DNA of 64,000 bases from UHGV virus genome UHGV-0168042; one strand, written 5' to 3'. The notes under the pieces are model-generated. The model was not told where the DNA came from, did not search any database, and worked only from the letters and a program-made list of their open reading frames with translations. Both the position numbers and the translations under genes were made by a program. The DNA is from a virus. Below are positions 9,765 through 19,051 of the stretch, in pieces; the stretch's first letter is position 1; each line of letters begins with the position of its first letter.

Positions 9765-9899
9765 ATGGATGTTATCTTCGAATTATTAATGCTAATTGAT
9801 CTGTTTATGAACGCTTCATTGACCACGCAAATACTGGCGTCAATATTTTTGTTACTCTTCTACCTGGTATTGAGGGAGTTAACAAAGCTACTAATGTGA
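9765..9899 (+). CDS. Small hydrophobic peptide (44 aa), possible membrane peptide/toxin
   Basis: ATG preceded by GGAG 8 nt upstream; MDVIFELLMLIDLFMNASLTTQILASIFLLLFYLVLRELTKLLM; below ORF-track length cut-off; ends 1 nt before the convergent gene's stop. Confidence 0.25.
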   Translation: MDVIFELLMLIDLFMNASLTTQILASIFLLLFYLVLRELTKLLM

Positions 9900-10553
9900 T
9901 CAAAGTATCACGGTATCTTCATCAACTTCTTTCCCAGCCAGTGACTTTGGCTGGGAGGTGCCTGCTTTAACTTTTTCATGCCCAATAATGGACAGGAACG
10001 AAGCGAGTATGCCTGTTTTTTGCTCTTTCTCGACTGTACCGATCATCTGCTCTACGTAATCCGCACTGGCAACGTTGTGGTATACGGTCGCGTAGCAACA
10101 CAGGACCATCAGAATATGTTCCGGCCTGATATCCTGCCAGTTCACCCGGTAGACTTCTTCTCCGTTACCGTTGTATTCGGTGTCAACGATGGAGTCAGGG
10201 ATTTCGAAAGCACCTTTGTTATTTTGCGGCAGGGATAATAGCTTCTGGAGTTTTAACTCTCTGTATCTTTCCATCCCGACGATGATTGCTGCTCTGCCAT
10301 CGGCATGACGGGTCTTGAGAGTCACCTGGCTTGCTCCGGTGCCAGCGGAGATCGTTGGCGTTATTTCGTCTACCAGTACCTTAAATTTGCTTTTCCGCAG
10401 GGCTGCTATAGCTGGAGGAATTTTTTGCTTTTGCTCCAATGCTGACGCGGGAAGGGGTTTTACTTCGTTAATAATGAGAGCACCGTCTTTCAGTATTGCA
10501 GTGAGCATTTGAGGCTTGCTGGTGGTCAGGCTGAATATTGCGATCTTTTCCAT
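9900..10553 (-). CDS. Hypothetical protein
   Basis: Track ORF 9900-10595; preferred start is internal Met (MEKIAIFSL) with GGAGGA RBS about 8 nt upstream, downstream of a terminator. Confidence 0.45.
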   Translation of the reverse strand: MEKIAIFSLTTSKPQMLTAILKDGALIINEVKPLPASALEQKQKIPPAIAALRKSKFKVLVDEITPTISAGTGASQVTLKTRHADGRAAIIVGMERYRELKLQKLLSLPQNNKGAFEIPDSIVDTEYNGNGEEVYRVNWQDIRPEHILMVLCCYATVYHNVASADYVEQMIGTVEKEQKTGILASFLSIIGHEKVKAGTSQPKSLAGKEVDEDTVIL

Positions 10554-10579
10554 TGTCCTTCCTCCACGGATGACGGATA

Positions 10580-10606
10580 CAAAAAAAGGCCGCACATGGC
10601 GGCCTG
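10580..10606 (-). terminator. Rho-independent terminator on minus strand, immediately upstream of the RBS of 9900-10553
   Basis: Minus strand reads GGCCGCCATGTGCGGCC then TTTTTTT; implies a short leader transcript or sRNA ending here. Confidence 0.45.
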
Positions 10607-10821
10607 CTTTGGCGTTATGACTCCCTACCGCGCTTCGGCTGAAAGTTAATCGTCAAAAGAACCTTCAACGGGAGCCGTTAGCGCGATGGATTATGTGCAG
10701 TTTGTGATTTCCAAAATAGTGTCAACCACTTTTTGTGGATTTTATTTTTTGACCGAAATTTGGCCTAAATCATGTTGATGTAGTTGATTGTTTTTGTAAC
10801 ATAAAACTTCATTTTGTTTAC

Positions 10822-11445
10822 ATGAAGGACGGTGTAGTGAAGTTAAGGGTTTTAGGGACCGCGCTCGCGGCTATGTTGGGATGCGTATCTGTTAATACAG
10901 CCAATGCAACTGCGTTACCTGCACAATTCAGGGCAGGGCAGCAGGTTATGAATAACGCTGGTGGGGATCATTCACAAGCGGCAATTATGGACTTTTGCAA
11001 GAGAGAGGGCATTCCATTACGGCCTGTTGGAACTCAGTTTATTGGTAAAACTGACTTTTGCGTTTTTGCATATACAGCATATCTGACGGACAAAGCTATA
11101 ACAAAAACAGGTTATTCAACCAAAGATACTCTTTCCAGATTAAGTCAGGGATGGCAGCAATTCGAAGTGTATCGCCAGCAAGGATTAGGTGAGTTATTAC
11201 AACCACTTTTTATGCTTGCGTTGGTGCCCGAGGGGCAGCAATTTTTGGTTAAAAAGGGAATGCTTCGCCAAAGTGATATTGCCGGGTTCGATAGCATGAT
11301 GGCTTATGAGCGCAAACTAACCGAGCAGCGAAATAAAAAACCATCTGCTTCATGTGTGCAAAGTAAAACAGCAGAATACAGTGCAGTAGCCGGGCCTTTA
11401 GCCAAACAAATGGCAGAGCAATGGTGTAAAAAATACGGGCAATAA
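10822..11445 (+). CDS. Secreted protein with N-terminal signal peptide (unknown function)
   Basis: 207 aa; MKDGVVKLRVLGTALAAMLGCVSVNTANA signal-like N-terminus; AT-rich promoter region upstream. Confidence 0.5.
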   Translation: MKDGVVKLRVLGTALAAMLGCVSVNTANATALPAQFRAGQQVMNNAGGDHSQAAIMDFCKREGIPLRPVGTQFIGKTDFCVFAYTAYLTDKAITKTGYSTKDTLSRLSQGWQQFEVYRQQGLGELLQPLFMLALVPEGQQFLVKKGMLRQSDIAGFDSMMAYERKLTEQRNKKPSASCVQSKTAEYSAVAGPLAKQMAEQWCKKYGQ

Positions 11446-11465
11446 GTTACGCAGCGGAGGCAGAA

Positions 11466-11858
11466 TTGAAAAGATTGGCTATTGCTTTACTGGCGTCTTT
11501 CCCTTTGATCGCGAGCGCCGGAAATTTACAAGTTAAGTGCGGTCGGTTTGATATAAAAATCTATCCAGATGCCATATTTCTGAATGGGAATAAGGTTGAT
11601 AACGCACACCGAAAAACTGAATCTGACGTAATGAGCTATGTGTTCCAGGAGTATGCGGAGATGGGGGGAACTTACACGCTGTACTCGCTGGATGTTCCTT
11701 CTCGCGGTGATATGACATTATCCCATCAATGGCAGAACGCCGATGGCGAAGCTCTGCGCGAGGTTAAAACAGAAAAATGTGGCACTTTCCATTCTTTTAA
11801 AGGGAAAGCGCCAAATGTTAAATCTGTGCTTGAAAAACAGCGCGCAGGTGAGCTTTAA
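11466..11858 (+). CDS. Small secreted protein with signal peptide (unknown function)
   Basis: 130 aa; MKRLAIALLASFPLIASA then mature domain; RBS GGAGG upstream. Confidence 0.5.
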   Translation: MKRLAIALLASFPLIASAGNLQVKCGRFDIKIYPDAIFLNGNKVDNAHRKTESDVMSYVFQEYAEMGGTYTLYSLDVPSRGDMTLSHQWQNADGEALREVKTEKCGTFHSFKGKAPNVKSVLEKQRAGEL

Positions 11859-12166
11859 ACACCTTTAACCACGGAGATGCCGTTTCCTGCACGATAGCGG
11901 CGGGGAACGGAATTCTCCATCAGGTCACGAATTACTCCCGCCTCATGTAGTTCCTCTGTTTCCCAGTATCTGTTTGTCACCAGATCGAGGCTGGCTATGA
12001 CCTTGTGCCGGTCATTCGGCATAGCCAATTTTTCTGCTATAACCATCAGTGAAAACTCTTCATCCAGTAGGATTTGATACCAGACTTTTGACAGTTCCAA
12101 CTCTCTAATGAGGGTGAAGCGCCGCTCAAGTGTGGCGGCAGAATAAGTGAAATCTATTTTTTTCAT
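11855..12166 (-). CDS. Hypothetical protein
   Basis: 103-aa ORF downstream of the Rha gene on the minus strand. Confidence 0.4.
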   Translation of the reverse strand: MKKIDFTYSAATLERRFTLIRELELSKVWYQILLDEEFSLMVIAEKLAMPNDRHKVIASLDLVTNRYWETEELHEAGVIRDLMENSVPRRYRAGNGISVVKGV

Positions 12167-12225
12167 CGTGCGGATAATCCGATTATTTGGCAGTTAAATC
12201 CCCGGCGTCGCCGGGGATGCAGCAT

Positions 12226-13167
12226 TTAACTAACAATCCAGTCCATAGCAATAACATCCTCTGGAGCTAAATCAATAGCATGGATTTTCCCGTCACGGAT
12301 GGTGCGCCAGTGCTTTCGTGATCCACCTTCGGGCCACACCCATATACCTTCAGGCCAGGAAGAACGACGACACACTGTTGCGTATCCAGTCCTGATCTTC
12401 TCTCTGACGGTATGTAGTGACAGATTATCCTTTGGGCTTTCAGGCACAGGATGGTGGATTGCCTGAAACATCCCCATCTTTGGATGATACCAGCGTTTAT
12501 TGCGTGGTTCTGCCTCCGACATCACCTGCTTAAAGGCTTTCCGGAAGGGGGCCAGGGCCACAATGGAGCGTCGCGCAAGCAAACCATCTGGAGTTAAAAA
12601 CTCATGCGTATCGGTGGGAATCCGGAAAGCGTTAACCAGGTTGCGACATTTGGCTTCAGTCAGGCCACATTTCGCCGCCAGCTGGCGGTAGCCAATGTAG
12701 CCTTCCGGAATATTGCCTTTCTTTATTTGCTCGAGTGTTTCAGCGACCATCGATACTTGTGCTGATACCTCGGCTACCTGGGCATTTACGGCGTTGATCC
12801 GGCGTTCATGCTCAAGATGCATTTGCGCCATTTCAGCCAGGATTTCGGCTTTTGATTTTAACTGTACCCGGGCATTCTCCAGTTCGCGCCAGCGGTCCAC
12901 CAGCCGGGCGGTGAATTCCGGAGAGAGCTGCGCGACGACAATGATGCTGTCTCGTTTTCCTTGTTCGCCTTCAAATATGTAAGCCTTGGAAAATCGACGA
13001 GGGCCAACTGATTGTTTATTTTCAATTTCCACAGATTGTGGAAATTGGATCACACTCTTTTTAGCCAGTGTTTCGATAGTTCTCTTCACACTATCTTGGC
13101 GACTTCCTACCAGTTCCGCGATCTCAATGCTGGTCATTGTCGCTTTTTGAGAGATGGACAGATTCAT
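12226..13167 (-). CDS. Rha-family phage regulatory protein (antirepressor-like), copy 1
   Basis: 313 aa; MTSIEIAELVGSRQDSVKRTIETLA N-terminus typical of Rha family; start ATG overlaps stop of upstream Icd-like gene (ATGA). Confidence 0.65.
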   Translation of the reverse strand: MNLSISQKATMTSIEIAELVGSRQDSVKRTIETLAKKSVIQFPQSVEIENKQSVGPRRFSKAYIFEGEQGKRDSIIVVAQLSPEFTARLVDRWRELENARVQLKSKAEILAEMAQMHLEHERRINAVNAQVAEVSAQVSMVAETLEQIKKGNIPEGYIGYRQLAAKCGLTEAKCRNLVNAFRIPTDTHEFLTPDGLLARRSIVALAPFRKAFKQVMSEAEPRNKRWYHPKMGMFQAIHHPVPESPKDNLSLHTVREKIRTGYATVCRRSSWPEGIWVWPEGGSRKHWRTIRDGKIHAIDLAPEDVIAMDWIVS

Positions 13168-13382
13168 CAGTGCACCTCCACGCAGTTCATTGGCAGATTC
13201 CAGTAATTGAGGATCTCCATCGCATCAAGAGTGAAGCGTGCGGCAAAAATGCAGGGTTCTTCAGGAAGGTATGAACGAGCTTCTGCTTCGGTTGCAGCCA
13301 TGACGCAGATATACAGGTGTTTTTGGCAGGAATAGAAACGCCAGATAAATTCAGAATGAGTTGGGGTAGGGATAGTAGCCAT
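13167..13382 (-). CDS. icd: Icd-like host cell division inhibitor family small protein, copy 1
   Basis: 71 aa; EFIWRF motif shared with second copy at 54099-54323; translationally coupled to Rha. Confidence 0.45.
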   Translation of the reverse strand: MATIPTPTHSEFIWRFYSCQKHLYICVMAATEAEARSYLPEEPCIFAARFTLDAMEILNYWNLPMNCVEVH

Positions 13383-13694
13383 ATTGGCAGCCTCCTTTTG
13401 CTAATTTAAGGAGCTACCGCGTGAGGTTCCAATCTCAATGGCGGTAGCACTGACTGGGTTGGAACTACCGGCGCAAAAGGGAACCGGCCTGCCTTTCGGC
13501 AGCCCAGCCAGCACTACCATTGATCTCTGAGCTAAACGCTACGTATGGCTGTGCGATGGCATGACACAAGAAAAGACGCTTTCGGCGTCTGTGTCGCCTT
13601 TTGCATTATCCGGGGTTCCAATCCCGGCACCCGTTTTTCTAAGGTGCCGTAGAAATATACCCCACGATAATGCCAGGGCGCAACAGTCAGTATT

Positions 13695-13862
13695 TTATGC
13701 TTTGGCGGATTTCTTCCGGGCTTGCTTGCAGGCGTAGGCCATTGCTTTAGCTTTCACTTCATCCAGCTTCCCGGTAATCACTTCTTTTCCGAGAGTGACA
13801 AACCAGTCATAGCAACCGCCAGTAATGTTCTTGATTTGAAAGTTGAGGTAGCGAACAGTCAT
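13695..13862 (-). CDS. Small hypothetical protein (55 aa)
   Basis: ATG with GGGGGAG RBS 6 nt upstream; MTVRYLNFQIKNITGGCYDWFVTLGKEVITGKLDEV...; below ORF-track cut-off. Confidence 0.3.
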   Translation of the reverse strand: MTVRYLNFQIKNITGGCYDWFVTLGKEVITGKLDEVKAKAMAYACKQARKKSAKA

Positions 13863-14182
13863 TTTGACTCCCCCAGCGCGAATAAAGAATGCAGATTATC
13901 GCGTGAGTGGTGGACGACGAGTGATGGGAAAAGACTGTAGTTGTTCATAGTGTAGTGACTCCTTGCTTTCGGAGCCGCCATCGACTGTTCCACGGTCTGG
14001 TGGCGGCGCAATAAAGGCTGGAACACCGTGAGTCAACGGGGGCTTTTCAGCCACCTATATTGCACCGCCATAGGTATGGCGGGGGCAATAATACGAAAAA
14101 CTAAACAGTTTGTCTCAAAAAGTTGACCGGTGTGCCAATCGGTAGTGAATGTACATCGGAGAAATTTACAATTCAACTTAAA

Positions 14183-14212
14183 ATGTTAGAAAACTAATTT
14201 ATTAATTCAATC
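14183..14212. promoter_or_regulatory. Operator-like motif ATGTTAGAAAACTAATTTA (degenerate full site) overlapping the ref stop codon
   Basis: Near-identical 19-mer recurs in reverse orientation at about 43721-43740 and a 15-mer at about 33307-33323. Confidence 0.4.
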
Positions 14213-14772
14213 GCCATCTGATACAACGCCATTTCATCGGCATTGTGCCGTATGAAATCTGCTTTTCCGCCTATTTTTCCATCAGCATGAACAGGGACCA
14301 GCCAGGGATATTGTTCTCGGACCTCGGCTGGCGCTGCGTACTGGTGGTGCCATTTACACAAAGGGAGGACATATTTATGTGCGTTCTCTGCCGTTCTCCC
14401 GAAGATATGGTGCAGGGATACCACTGGGCTATGTTGCCCGTGAATATGGCAGGCAATGCAGGGGAGAGTACCGATAGCGGTCTGTATCCGGCGTTCATCG
14501 GCTGTGAGTGATCTGCCCTTCAGGCCGCGTGACGTGCGTGTTTTTTTGGGCGGAGCGGATACAGCTTTATCTTTTCTCCGCTGTTCATATTGCTTTGCTT
14601 TTTCAATTTTCTTTTGCCGATATTCAGGCGATGCGGCTTTTTCTCTCGCTCGCTGCTGCTGGCGTTGAGCTTGTTGAAGGCGCTTTGCCCTTTGTTCCTC
14701 TCGCCAGGCTGGGTCAGCCAATTTTTGCATGGCTTTTTGTCTCTGTTTCTCCCAATAGCTCTGTTTCTGCAT
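14194..14772 (-). CDS. ref: Ref-family recombination enhancement nuclease (HNH-like)
   Basis: 192 aa; CIACHIHGQHSPVVSLHHIFGRTAENAHKYVLPLCKWHH zinc/HNH-like motif; K/R/Q-rich N-terminus. Confidence 0.6.
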   Translation of the reverse strand: MQKQSYWEKQRQKAMQKLADPAWREEQRAKRLQQAQRQQQRAREKAASPEYRQKKIEKAKQYEQRRKDKAVSAPPKKTRTSRGLKGRSLTADERRIQTAIGTLPCIACHIHGQHSPVVSLHHIFGRTAENAHKYVLPLCKWHHQYAAPAEVREQYPWLVPVHADGKIGGKADFIRHNADEMALYQMAIELIN

Positions 14773-14820
14773 GATGGCTGCCTCTTACTTTTCAGCTATT
14801 TTTCTATGATTGATCAAAAC

Positions 14821-14850
14821 AGTTAGATATTCAAAATTGATTTTCTAACA
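14821..14850. promoter_or_regulatory. Operator-like inverted repeat GTTAGA-N16-TCTAAC upstream of ref
   Basis: AGTTAGATATTCAAAATTGATTTTCTAACA, about 50-78 bp upstream of the ref ATG. Confidence 0.55.
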
Positions 14851-15044
14851 CAAAACATTAATATCATTCCTGATAACTGTTTGGAGGACATGATGCTTAT
14901 AGCTTTAAGTGCGATCCACCAGCCATCTGTGAATGAGATTGGCCTGTTCTATGTGTTGTTTTTCGGGGCGTTGGCGCTACTTGAACTTGGTATTGAGCTT
15001 TTCGCAGTGCTTATGTTTTGCGTCACGATTTTGGGGAAATTTTG

Positions 15045-15668
15045 ATGGTGAAACGTGTTTTGAAAATTTACATCGCGGGGCCGATGACTGGTTATCCAGA
15101 TTACAACCGTGCTGCGTTTAATGCGAAAGCGAGCGAGCTGATGTCTGAAGGGCATATCGTTCTGAATCCAGCTGTGTTACCTGGTGGCCTTTGCCAGAGT
15201 GAATACATGGATATTTGCCTGGCAATGGTGCGTTCTGCTGATGCGATCTATCTGCTCAATCAATGGGAAGAATCGGTTGGTGCTCGCGCAGAGCACGCGC
15301 TGGCTGAAAAGCTGGGGCTGACTGTAATTTATGAGTCACAAACCAACATTGAATGCCAGGTTGCTCCGCATATTTACCGTGAACTGGTAAATGCGTTACG
15401 TGATGTTGCTATTGAATGTCACGGCACGGATCAGCTTCGCGCCCGCTTAAGCAAAACCCTTTCCAGTTACCTGTCTTTGGCTGAAGGATACAACCTCCGG
15501 CAGCGGAGAATGGTCAAATTAATCACGCGTTTATCTCAATCCCTGGCAAATGCCGAACCAACTAATCCGCTACCTAATGACGCAATGAATTATCTGAAGT
15601 CATGCGGCGTTGTTTCTGAAGATGCAGTTCGTTTTGTGGAGTTTATGTCTCAGAGGATGTCAGCGTGA
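15045..15668 (+). CDS. DUF4406 / nucleoside 2-deoxyribosyltransferase-like protein
   Basis: Internal Met start MVKRVLKIYIAGPMTGYPDYN; KIYIAGPMTG is the characteristic N-terminal motif of this family. Confidence 0.5.
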   Translation: MVKRVLKIYIAGPMTGYPDYNRAAFNAKASELMSEGHIVLNPAVLPGGLCQSEYMDICLAMVRSADAIYLLNQWEESVGARAEHALAEKLGLTVIYESQTNIECQVAPHIYRELVNALRDVAIECHGTDQLRARLSKTLSSYLSLAEGYNLRQRRMVKLITRLSQSLANAEPTNPLPNDAMNYLKSCGVVSEDAVRFVEFMSQRMSA

Positions 15669-15982
15669 GCTGGCGGGGATGGGGAAGGGCGGAAATCATG
15701 ATACTCCGCCAGTGCGCCGGGACTATGACAGTCGTGAGTATTGGGAGGCTGATCGGGCGTACCGGTAGTGCTGTCAGAACCAAAGCGCGGCAGCTGCGGA
15801 TCTGCATGATTCTGAAAGGAGACTTTCACCCGTCAGCCAAATACCGGCAGGGCGATATAGAACTGGCACGGCAGCTTCATCGGTGTGGTGTTCCCCGCCG
15901 TGAGATCGCAGAAAAACTCGAAATGCCCTTGAGCATGATTAATCAGTACGTTTATTTCGAAAGGAGAGTACATGAAGTCTGA
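15665..15982 (+). CDS. Small HTH-like regulatory protein
   Basis: 105 aa; overlaps upstream stop by 4 nt; ...GVPRREIAEKLEMPLSMINQYV resembles an HTH. Confidence 0.4.
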   Translation: MSWRGWGRAEIMILRQCAGTMTVVSIGRLIGRTGSAVRTKARQLRICMILKGDFHPSAKYRQGDIELARQLHRCGVPRREIAEKLEMPLSMINQYVYFERRVHEV

Positions 15983-16460
15983 AGGTTTAACGCCAGCACA
16001 ACTGGCAGAGCGTAACGCTGAGTATGTAACGGAAATTTCCCGACTTGAGAAAGAACGCTCGGCGCTGGCGGCGGAGAATGCTGGGCTGAAACATGCAATG
16101 GCTGTAACTCTTGAGCATGTGTCGGTCACGGATGCAGGGCAGGCCGGAGTTGCTGCAATGATTATCAACGATGCCCTGCACCACAGCGAAACTCCAGCCA
16201 CCGATGCTTTTCTGGCTGAAATTCGTGCGGAGGCTCGCAACGAGGGGATTAACTATACCGCAAGCCGTCTTGCTGCTGCTTTCAACCACGGATTTATCAA
16301 TAAGTCTTTACGTGAAGTTTTCGACGTTACACGCATGATTCTGTCAGCGAAAGAAGAGTTGGCTAATGAACCGCACCCGATTGATGGCCTGTCCGGTGAA
16401 TATGCGGAGAAATCCCTTGAAGAATGGGCGGAACAGATTCGCAAAGGAGCTGACAAGTGA
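15972..16460 (+). CDS. Ead/Ea22-like family protein (paralog 1)
   Basis: 162 aa; shares LAAENAGLK and PATDAFLAEIRAEA segments and C-terminal IRKG-x-x-K/Q end with paralogs at 16876, 17673, 22718, 23224. Confidence 0.5.
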   Translation: MKSEGLTPAQLAERNAEYVTEISRLEKERSALAAENAGLKHAMAVTLEHVSVTDAGQAGVAAMIINDALHHSETPATDAFLAEIRAEARNEGINYTASRLAAAFNHGFINKSLREVFDVTRMILSAKEELANEPHPIDGLSGEYAEKSLEEWAEQIRKGADK

Positions 16461-16867
16461 AGAAGATGATTTTTGTCGCGGCATTGTTGGTGAATATCCA
16501 ACAAGTGCATGCTTCAGCAGCTATTGTAGCCTCTACCGCCGCGACTACGGCTGCTGTAGCTGCTGCGAACTCTGCGAATATCGCAAACCAACAGGCACAG
16601 CGTGCTGCTAATGCATCAGCCAGCGTTCACTCAATCACCATTAAGAGCAGTAAGCAAAATCTGGGATTCATAACGTGCGGCACGCGTTCTAATGAAGCTG
16701 TAGGTTCACTTGGATGTACGGTATATGGGGGTAGTGAGAATAGAGAAATTCCATGGAAAACGTGGCCCGGATACGTTCTTGGCTCGAAGCTCCCGGCCAG
16801 TTATGAAGTAAACGCCGTATCGTTTGATCACTATAACGGCGTGGCAACGGTCTATTTTGCATATTGA
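16457..16867 (+). CDS. Secreted Ala/Thr-rich protein with signal peptide
   Basis: GTG start overlapping upstream stop; MKKMIFVAALLVNIQQVHA signal-like N-terminus. Confidence 0.45.
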   Translation: MKKMIFVAALLVNIQQVHASAAIVASTAATTAAVAAANSANIANQQAQRAANASASVHSITIKSSKQNLGFITCGTRSNEAVGSLGCTVYGGSENREIPWKTWPGYVLGSKLPASYEVNAVSFDHYNGVATVYFAY

Positions 16868-16875
16868 GGCTCCGC

Positions 16876-17676
16876 ATGAAATTCTCCAAATTTTCTGAGT
16901 TGGTGAATCGTATTTTGTTGAATCGTATTTTGTCCAACAACCACAGCCATCGTCGCGATATGGATGTAACGATCGTTGTTCATTCGCCTGGCAGCATTGG
17001 TTCAACACCCTCAGTTGAGGTTCAGTCAATTCACGCTGGTTTTGATTGGGATTCCGGGAAAGTGCTGATTTTCCCAGCACAGCCACTGACCACGCTAACA
17101 CCAGAACAGATTACTGATATTACTGATAGTGTGCGCAAAGGTCAGTCCTGGCACGCATATCAGGAATACAAGAAGCATCAAGAGCAGTTGGAAAAATTAT
17201 CGATTGAACTTGATACCGCAAAACAGCGCATTGCAGAGCTGGAGGGTAATCGCGCGGCGCTGGCTGCGGAGAATGCGAGACTGAAGGCGATATGTGAGGA
17301 TCGCCGCACGTTCATTATGAATGGCGTGCAGCTTGGTTTTATCAAGGTGCCAACAGTGGAAATAGATCCAGCTCTTGAAACAATTCGTATCGCCCTATCA
17401 CCACAAAAAACCACTCCTGCGACCGACACTTTCCTGGATGAAGTGAAGACTGAAGCACGCAAGGAGGGCGCTTACTTTGTGGCGAATAGAATGCTGGCTG
17501 CCTGGGAAGCTGGTTTTATTGATGATACTGCGAAGAACGCCGCGGATATTGCCCGGATGATTCTTACCTCTACTGAGTTTATGGCTAATGCGCGGGAAGG
17601 CGATTTTGACCGCTCATTCTCTGATGGTGTTCTCGAAGATATCGCTGAACAGCTTCGCAAAGGAGGCAGCCAGTGA
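16876..17676 (+). CDS. Ead/Ea22-like family protein (paralog 2)
   Basis: Track ORF from TTG 16864; ATG at 16876 preferred; contains AALAAENARLK and ends QLRKGGSQ. Confidence 0.5.
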   Translation: MKFSKFSELVNRILLNRILSNNHSHRRDMDVTIVVHSPGSIGSTPSVEVQSIHAGFDWDSGKVLIFPAQPLTTLTPEQITDITDSVRKGQSWHAYQEYKKHQEQLEKLSIELDTAKQRIAELEGNRAALAAENARLKAICEDRRTFIMNGVQLGFIKVPTVEIDPALETIRIALSPQKTTPATDTFLDEVKTEARKEGAYFVANRMLAAWEAGFIDDTAKNAADIARMILTSTEFMANAREGDFDRSFSDGVLEDIAEQLRKGGSQ

Positions 17677-18314
17677 GCGAGCTTTACTATCAGACGTTAC
17701 GTGAACGTTTTTCACCGAAACCAGCGCCTAAATGCTCTGTTTGTGGCGAGGAAATGTCAATGCAGCGCATATCTGGATCACATGTTGTTTATGCCTGTTC
17801 CGGCATGGAGGACGACGGATGCTTCAAAACTGGACGAACTTATGCTGACGAGCATTACAAAAAATCGCGCATAACAGTAGTTGATGATAGCGATCCTGAT
17901 GTGATTGAACTGCTGGAAGAGAACATGGAGATGGCTCTAACGCTTGAGAAGCTGCGTGTTGAGCTGGAGGCTGCTAAACAGCGTATTGCCGAATATGAAA
18001 GCAATTGCGGGGCGATGGTGGCGGAATGCCAAAGCAAAAAAGCAGCTCTTGAGGCAATTCTTAGCCATTGCCCAATTAATCATCCAGATATAGACATCGC
18101 ATGTATAGCGAACATCGCTCATAACGAATTAGGCGGGGCGAAAAGCACTACATCTAAGGCATACCTTGTAGAAATACAGGCACAAGGGGTGGAGGCATTC
18201 GCTTTGACGATGCGCGATACCGGAGATGATCCATTTTTTGATTCCGTTGCTTCTGCTTGCGCGGATGCAGCTGATAGGTTCGCTGCCCAGCTTCGAAAAG
18301 GAGGCAAACAGTGA
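17673..18314 (+). CDS. Ead/Ea22-like family protein with N-terminal zinc-ribbon (paralog 3)
   Basis: GTG start inside conserved junction; CSVCGEEM...YACSG...DGC; ends QLRKGGKQ. Confidence 0.5.
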   Translation: MSELYYQTLRERFSPKPAPKCSVCGEEMSMQRISGSHVVYACSGMEDDGCFKTGRTYADEHYKKSRITVVDDSDPDVIELLEENMEMALTLEKLRVELEAAKQRIAEYESNCGAMVAECQSKKAALEAILSHCPINHPDIDIACIANIAHNELGGAKSTTSKAYLVEIQAQGVEAFALTMRDTGDDPFFDSVASACADAADRFAAQLRKGGKQ

Positions 18315-18559
18315 GTAATACCGCACGACTACAGCTTGGTTTTTTACCGCTATCAAAAACCATCGTGTTGGCAAAAATGCGTGACTTAGGGGATGGAACA
18401 AAACGTCGTGTCGGCAATGATCGCGGTCGTGATGTAACCAACGAGGCCGCACAACTCGTTTGGCATCTAGTCATGGCTGAAGGCGGTGAAATTAATTGGG
18501 AGCTGGATGATGGTTCTCGCATGGTATTAAAGGCAGAAAAGCAGGAGCCACCACAGTGA
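18311..18559 (+). CDS. Hypothetical early protein
   Basis: 82-aa ORF, GTG start overlapping upstream stop. Confidence 0.4.
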   Translation: MSNTARLQLGFLPLSKTIVLAKMRDLGDGTKRRVGNDRGRDVTNEAAQLVWHLVMAEGGEINWELDDGSRMVLKAEKQEPPQ

Positions 18560-18849
18560 ATATCGACACCACGATAACGATTGATACGGCCCTAAATACC
18601 GGTCTGGCACTTCTCGGTTGGCTTTACATCATGTCCAGTACATGGCGATGGCTGGGTTCCATTTTCCTGAAACAGTGGAAAAAACGGCGCAAACAGGAAT
18701 TACGCCAGAAGGCATTAGAAGCGTTCTATGACGCATTTGAACTTAGCCGCATTGAACCAGGCACAACAGCCAGGATAGCGACAAAAGGCGACCTGATGAT
18801 AGTGATGTTCCGACAGGAGAAAGCAAATGGCAGCAAAGCGAATGACTAA
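18556..18849 (+). CDS. Hypothetical small membrane protein
   Basis: 97 aa; one hydrophobic segment (GLALLGWLYIMSSTW). Confidence 0.4.
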   Translation: MNIDTTITIDTALNTGLALLGWLYIMSSTWRWLGSIFLKQWKKRRKQELRQKALEAFYDAFELSRIEPGTTARIATKGDLMIVMFRQEKANGSKAND

Positions 18850-19051
18850 TCGCGAACTTGTTGATGCCGCGATTGAACTTGCTGGCGATTTTTATTCCAT
18901 GATGGGGTACACGCATCGCCCAGGCTTCAAATATTGGGAGTCTCCGCACCCGCAAGAGCAACGGGTATTTCAAATGGCCTGTCGCGCTTTTGAAGTTATT
19001 CGCGGTTCTGATGTGATGGACGCGGTTGCTGATTTGGAGGATGAAGAGTGA
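18827..19051 (+). CDS. Hypothetical early protein
   Basis: 74-aa ORF in the plus-strand operon. Confidence 0.35.
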   Translation: MAAKRMTNRELVDAAIELAGDFYSMMGYTHRPGFKYWESPHPQEQRVFQMACRAFEVIRGSDVMDAVADLEDEE

